Positions 61,833 through 64,000 of a stretch of 64,000 nucleotides of DNA are shown here, in pieces (position 1 is the first letter of the stretch; the number at the start of each line of letters is the position of its first letter). The notes below the pieces were generated by a model. The model searched no databases. It saw only the letters and a program-made list of their open reading frames with translations, and had not been told where the DNA came from. The stretch covers positions 1,728,001 to 1,792,000 of the forward strand of contig CBDANS010000007.1 of the NCBI GenBank assembly GCA_965197745.1. Reading direction: 5' to 3'. The position numbers and the translations under genes were made by a program. This stretch comes from Opitutales bacterium. GTDB taxonomy: Bacteria > Verrucomicrobiota > Verrucomicrobiia > Opitutales > PNEW01.

Positions 61833-62270
61833 TCAATCCTCTTCTTTGATCAAGGCAAGGGCAAAATCAAGGCTTAATACAAGCTTATCTTTCTTCCTTA
61901 TCGTGCCATGCAAAAAATGAAAATGACTCAAGGTTTCTTTGAATACGACATTTATTGTTATTTTATCACCGGGCCGCACGATCTCTTTAAATTTAGCTTC
62001 TTTAATTCTCGAAAGAATGGGAGTAAGGCCCTCTCTTGATTTTTTGCCAGAGTCTAATTTCCTGGTAAGATAAATGGCGCCCGTTTGAAAAACTGCTTCG
62101 CAGAGCAACACTCCCGGCATTATAGGATTTCCCGGATAATGCCCATCGAAAAAAAATTCGCCCGCTTGAATCTCTCGTGTTGCCGTGATACTTTCAGCGG
62201 TGATTTCCGATATATCATCAACAAAAAGAAACGGGGGACGATGGGGGATGCTTTGAAATATTTCCTTCAC
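61833..62270 (-). CDS. fabZ: 3-hydroxyacyl-ACP dehydratase, FabZ family
   Basis: IPHRPPFLFVD and FFDGHYPGNPIMPGVLLCE motifs. Confidence 0.88.
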   Translation of the reverse strand: MKEIFQSIPHRPPFLFVDDISEITAESITATREIQAGEFFFDGHYPGNPIMPGVLLCEAVFQTGAIYLTRKLDSGKKSREGLTPILSRIKEAKFKEIVRPGDKITINVVFKETLSHFHFLHGTIRKKDKLVLSLDFALALIKEED

Positions 62271-62336
62271 ATGGATAAATGTAAGACCCCCTCCCCTCTC
62301 AGTCTTTTTTCCAACAGAAAGTGGAAAGTTTACACT

Positions 62337-63812
62337 TTATACGGATGCTTTATTTTTCCGCAACCCCCTATTTACGCTATACTTTATATCGCAAAGAAAT
62401 TTATCAATTTTGTTGGCGGTGATAACGCCATAATTAATCGTTCCCAACCAGCCGGACATGATGATGCCTACAGAACCGGCGTGATAAAGGCCCTTGAGAT
62501 AATTAGGGAGGTCCATTGAAACTTTAAGTCCTTCAAATTTAGTGCCAAATGAGGTTCCCCCCAGGTGCTTAGTATAATGGTTTATGGTCCGGGGAGTAGC
62601 CGCTTCCACATGATCGAGTTTGCTTCTAATGTCAGGTATCAATTTTTCCAAGGTACGCAGTGAATCTTCAATAATGCGTTCTTTTTCGCGTTTATATTCT
62701 TCATCAGAAAGAACACTCCAATCCTCCCAATTACTATTAAGAGAACATACAATGCTGTACCTGCGTTCTTTGAGATGGGGCCGGGTTTCCGGGTAGTATA
62801 TCGAAAATGTCCTGCTCGTAGTATGCATATCTATGAGCTCTTCACTGGTAAAGTTTTCTGCATCCGAAGTAAATACGAGGTCACCGATAAAAGGTATGCT
62901 CTCTCCACGTTTTACCCCTAAATAAACCTGGCAGGAACTCGAATTGACGCGAACTTTCTCAGCTTCTTCAACAAACTCGGGAGGGAAATTTTCAGGACCG
63001 ACAAGCCGTTCAACGGTGTTTTTAATATTCGCGTTTGAAAGTATCGCTTTGCACTTTATCTGTCTGCCATTTACCTGCACCCCGGCAATTCGCTGCGTCG
63101 TATCATCTTTATTCGTGATTATCTTTTCGACGAGACAGCGTTTGCGCAGATCAACACCGTTTTTTTCCATTTCCTTAACCATATTTTTTATCAGCACATC
63201 GGTTCCACCCCTGAAAGTATAAACTCCCTTGCTCATAAAATTTGAAAAAACGATTCCATATGTGATTGCGGGATCATCAAGAGAGGACCCGTTGGCATAA
63301 GCTATGGGCTCCATAAGCAATCTTTTTATGTCATCACGGCCCGGGAAAAATTCATCAAATAATTCTCCCGTGGTCTGTTTAATTTCGTCATAAAAATTCA
63401 TGCTTTTCAGGTGATTGAAAAAGCCTTCTACCCGATCTCTTGCCACTTTGAAGCGATCGACAAATATTCGGGTAAAATCGCTGCGGTCAAAAGTCGTCCA
63501 TATATTAAACTGGGGATTTATAAAACGGATGTTGCTTAGTTGAACAATAGAATCTGCAATTTCCTTCGTCCAATATTTACGACAGGATTTAATCATCCCT
63601 ATAGGGAAACCATGGAGAGAGATATCAAAAATGTGGCCACCGCGCCTGCGAAACCAGGTTGCGAGGCCACCGTACTGATAGTGGTGCTCCAGTAAAAGTA
63701 CTGAATGACCGCACTTTGCTAGATAATTGGCACCCGTCAAGCCCCCTAAACCACTGCCTATGACGATTACGTCATAATAATCCGATATATCCTTCAAAAA
63801 GTCTCTAGCCAT
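62337..63812 (-). CDS. Phytoene dehydrogenase (CrtI)-like FAD-dependent oxidoreductase
   Basis: [29 protein letters not shown] and GLYHAGS motifs. Confidence 0.85.
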   Translation of the reverse strand: MARDFLKDISDYYDVIVIGSGLGGLTGANYLAKCGHSVLLLEHHYQYGGLATWFRRRGGHIFDISLHGFPIGMIKSCRKYWTKEIADSIVQLSNIRFINPQFNIWTTFDRSDFTRIFVDRFKVARDRVEGFFNHLKSMNFYDEIKQTTGELFDEFFPGRDDIKRLLMEPIAYANGSSLDDPAITYGIVFSNFMSKGVYTFRGGTDVLIKNMVKEMEKNGVDLRKRCLVEKIITNKDDTTQRIAGVQVNGRQIKCKAILSNANIKNTVERLVGPENFPPEFVEEAEKVRVNSSSCQVYLGVKRGESIPFIGDLVFTSDAENFTSEELIDMHTTSRTFSIYYPETRPHLKERRYSIVCSLNSNWEDWSVLSDEEYKREKERIIEDSLRTLEKLIPDIRSKLDHVEAATPRTINHYTKHLGGTSFGTKFEGLKVSMDLPNYLKGLYHAGSVGIIMSGWLGTINYGVITANKIDKFLCDIKYSVNRGLRKNKASV

Positions 63813-63842
63813 ATATACGATAAATGCTTACGTATAAAATAT

Positions 63843-63863
63843 AGTTTCGCAACAAGTTTCGCA
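63843..63863. promoter_or_regulatory. 9-bp direct repeat AGTTTCGCA (period 12) upstream of the lipid operon
   Basis: AGTTTCGCA-ACA-AGTTTCGCA; includes a minus-strand TTGCGA -35-like hexamer. Confidence 0.35.
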
Positions 63864-63924
63864 CAATAAATCTATCCTCTGCTGCAAACTAAGATTCCCC
63901 AGTCTAGTCTTGGGCAGCTTATTA

Positions 63925-64000
63925 TTAAATACCCAGGGAAATACGATTAATGATGAAGAGCAGACCAAAGGTGGTAAAATATACCAATCCCAGGATACTC
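63925..64000 (-). CDS. 3' end of a membrane protein (partial)
   Basis: Hydrophobic tail ...SILGLVYFTTFGLLFIINRISLGI*; only 24 codons are visible. Confidence 0.45.
   Translation of the reverse strand, partial: SILGLVYFTTFGLLFIINRISLGI

Noticed and set aside
491..63222. Many short ORFs in the track that overlap longer genes (e.g. 1547-1849, 8910-9368, 11090-11638, 62085-62519)
   Set aside because: They are antisense or alternate-frame shadows of well-supported genes and show no recognisable motifs.
62337..63812. Carotenoid biosynthesis gene crtI
   Set aside because: No crtB, crtE or crtY nearby; the context is fatty-acid and Ole genes.
1..64000. CRISPR arrays, tRNA or rRNA genes, known riboswitches
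   Set aside because: I saw no spaced repeats or recognisable RNA-gene signatures by eye; tRNAscan-SE and Infernal would be needed to exclude them formally.

Overview
A bacterial chromosomal window that looks like Verrucomicrobia/Opitutales from gene content and gene order (inference; no marker gene is present). From left to right it contains: (1) an alternative complex III operon (actABCDEF plus an actG-like gene) flanked by cbb3-oxidase assembly genes (partial ccoS and a disrupted CcoI/FixI-type P1B ATPase); (2) a sugar/organic-acid scavenging region with an aldolase-like protein, a Kelch/NanM-SSS transporter fusion, an apparently exported MhpD-like hydratase, an SIS protein, an enolase-superfamily enzyme and three ABC systems, one of which has tandem-duplicated binding proteins separated by a fossil ATPase fragment; (3) housekeeping genes (hpt, iscS-like, recF, ruvC, ruvA, dapAB, pilT, fabD, lepAB, malQ); (4) two different IS1595-family elements whose TIRs and target duplications can be read directly; (5) a CrtI-like oxidoreductase-fabZ-fabI-oleA-oleB lipid/olefin operon. 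The first IS splits an ECF sigma factor inside its region 4.2 HTH and carries a P63C gene plus two unannotated convergent membrane micro-peptides. The second IS clips the C-terminus of an unknown protein. At least seven frameshift or nonsense lesions, plus one probable lost start codon, suggest ongoing genome decay, although some indels could be sequencing errors. I found no tRNA, rRNA or CRISPR array by eye.
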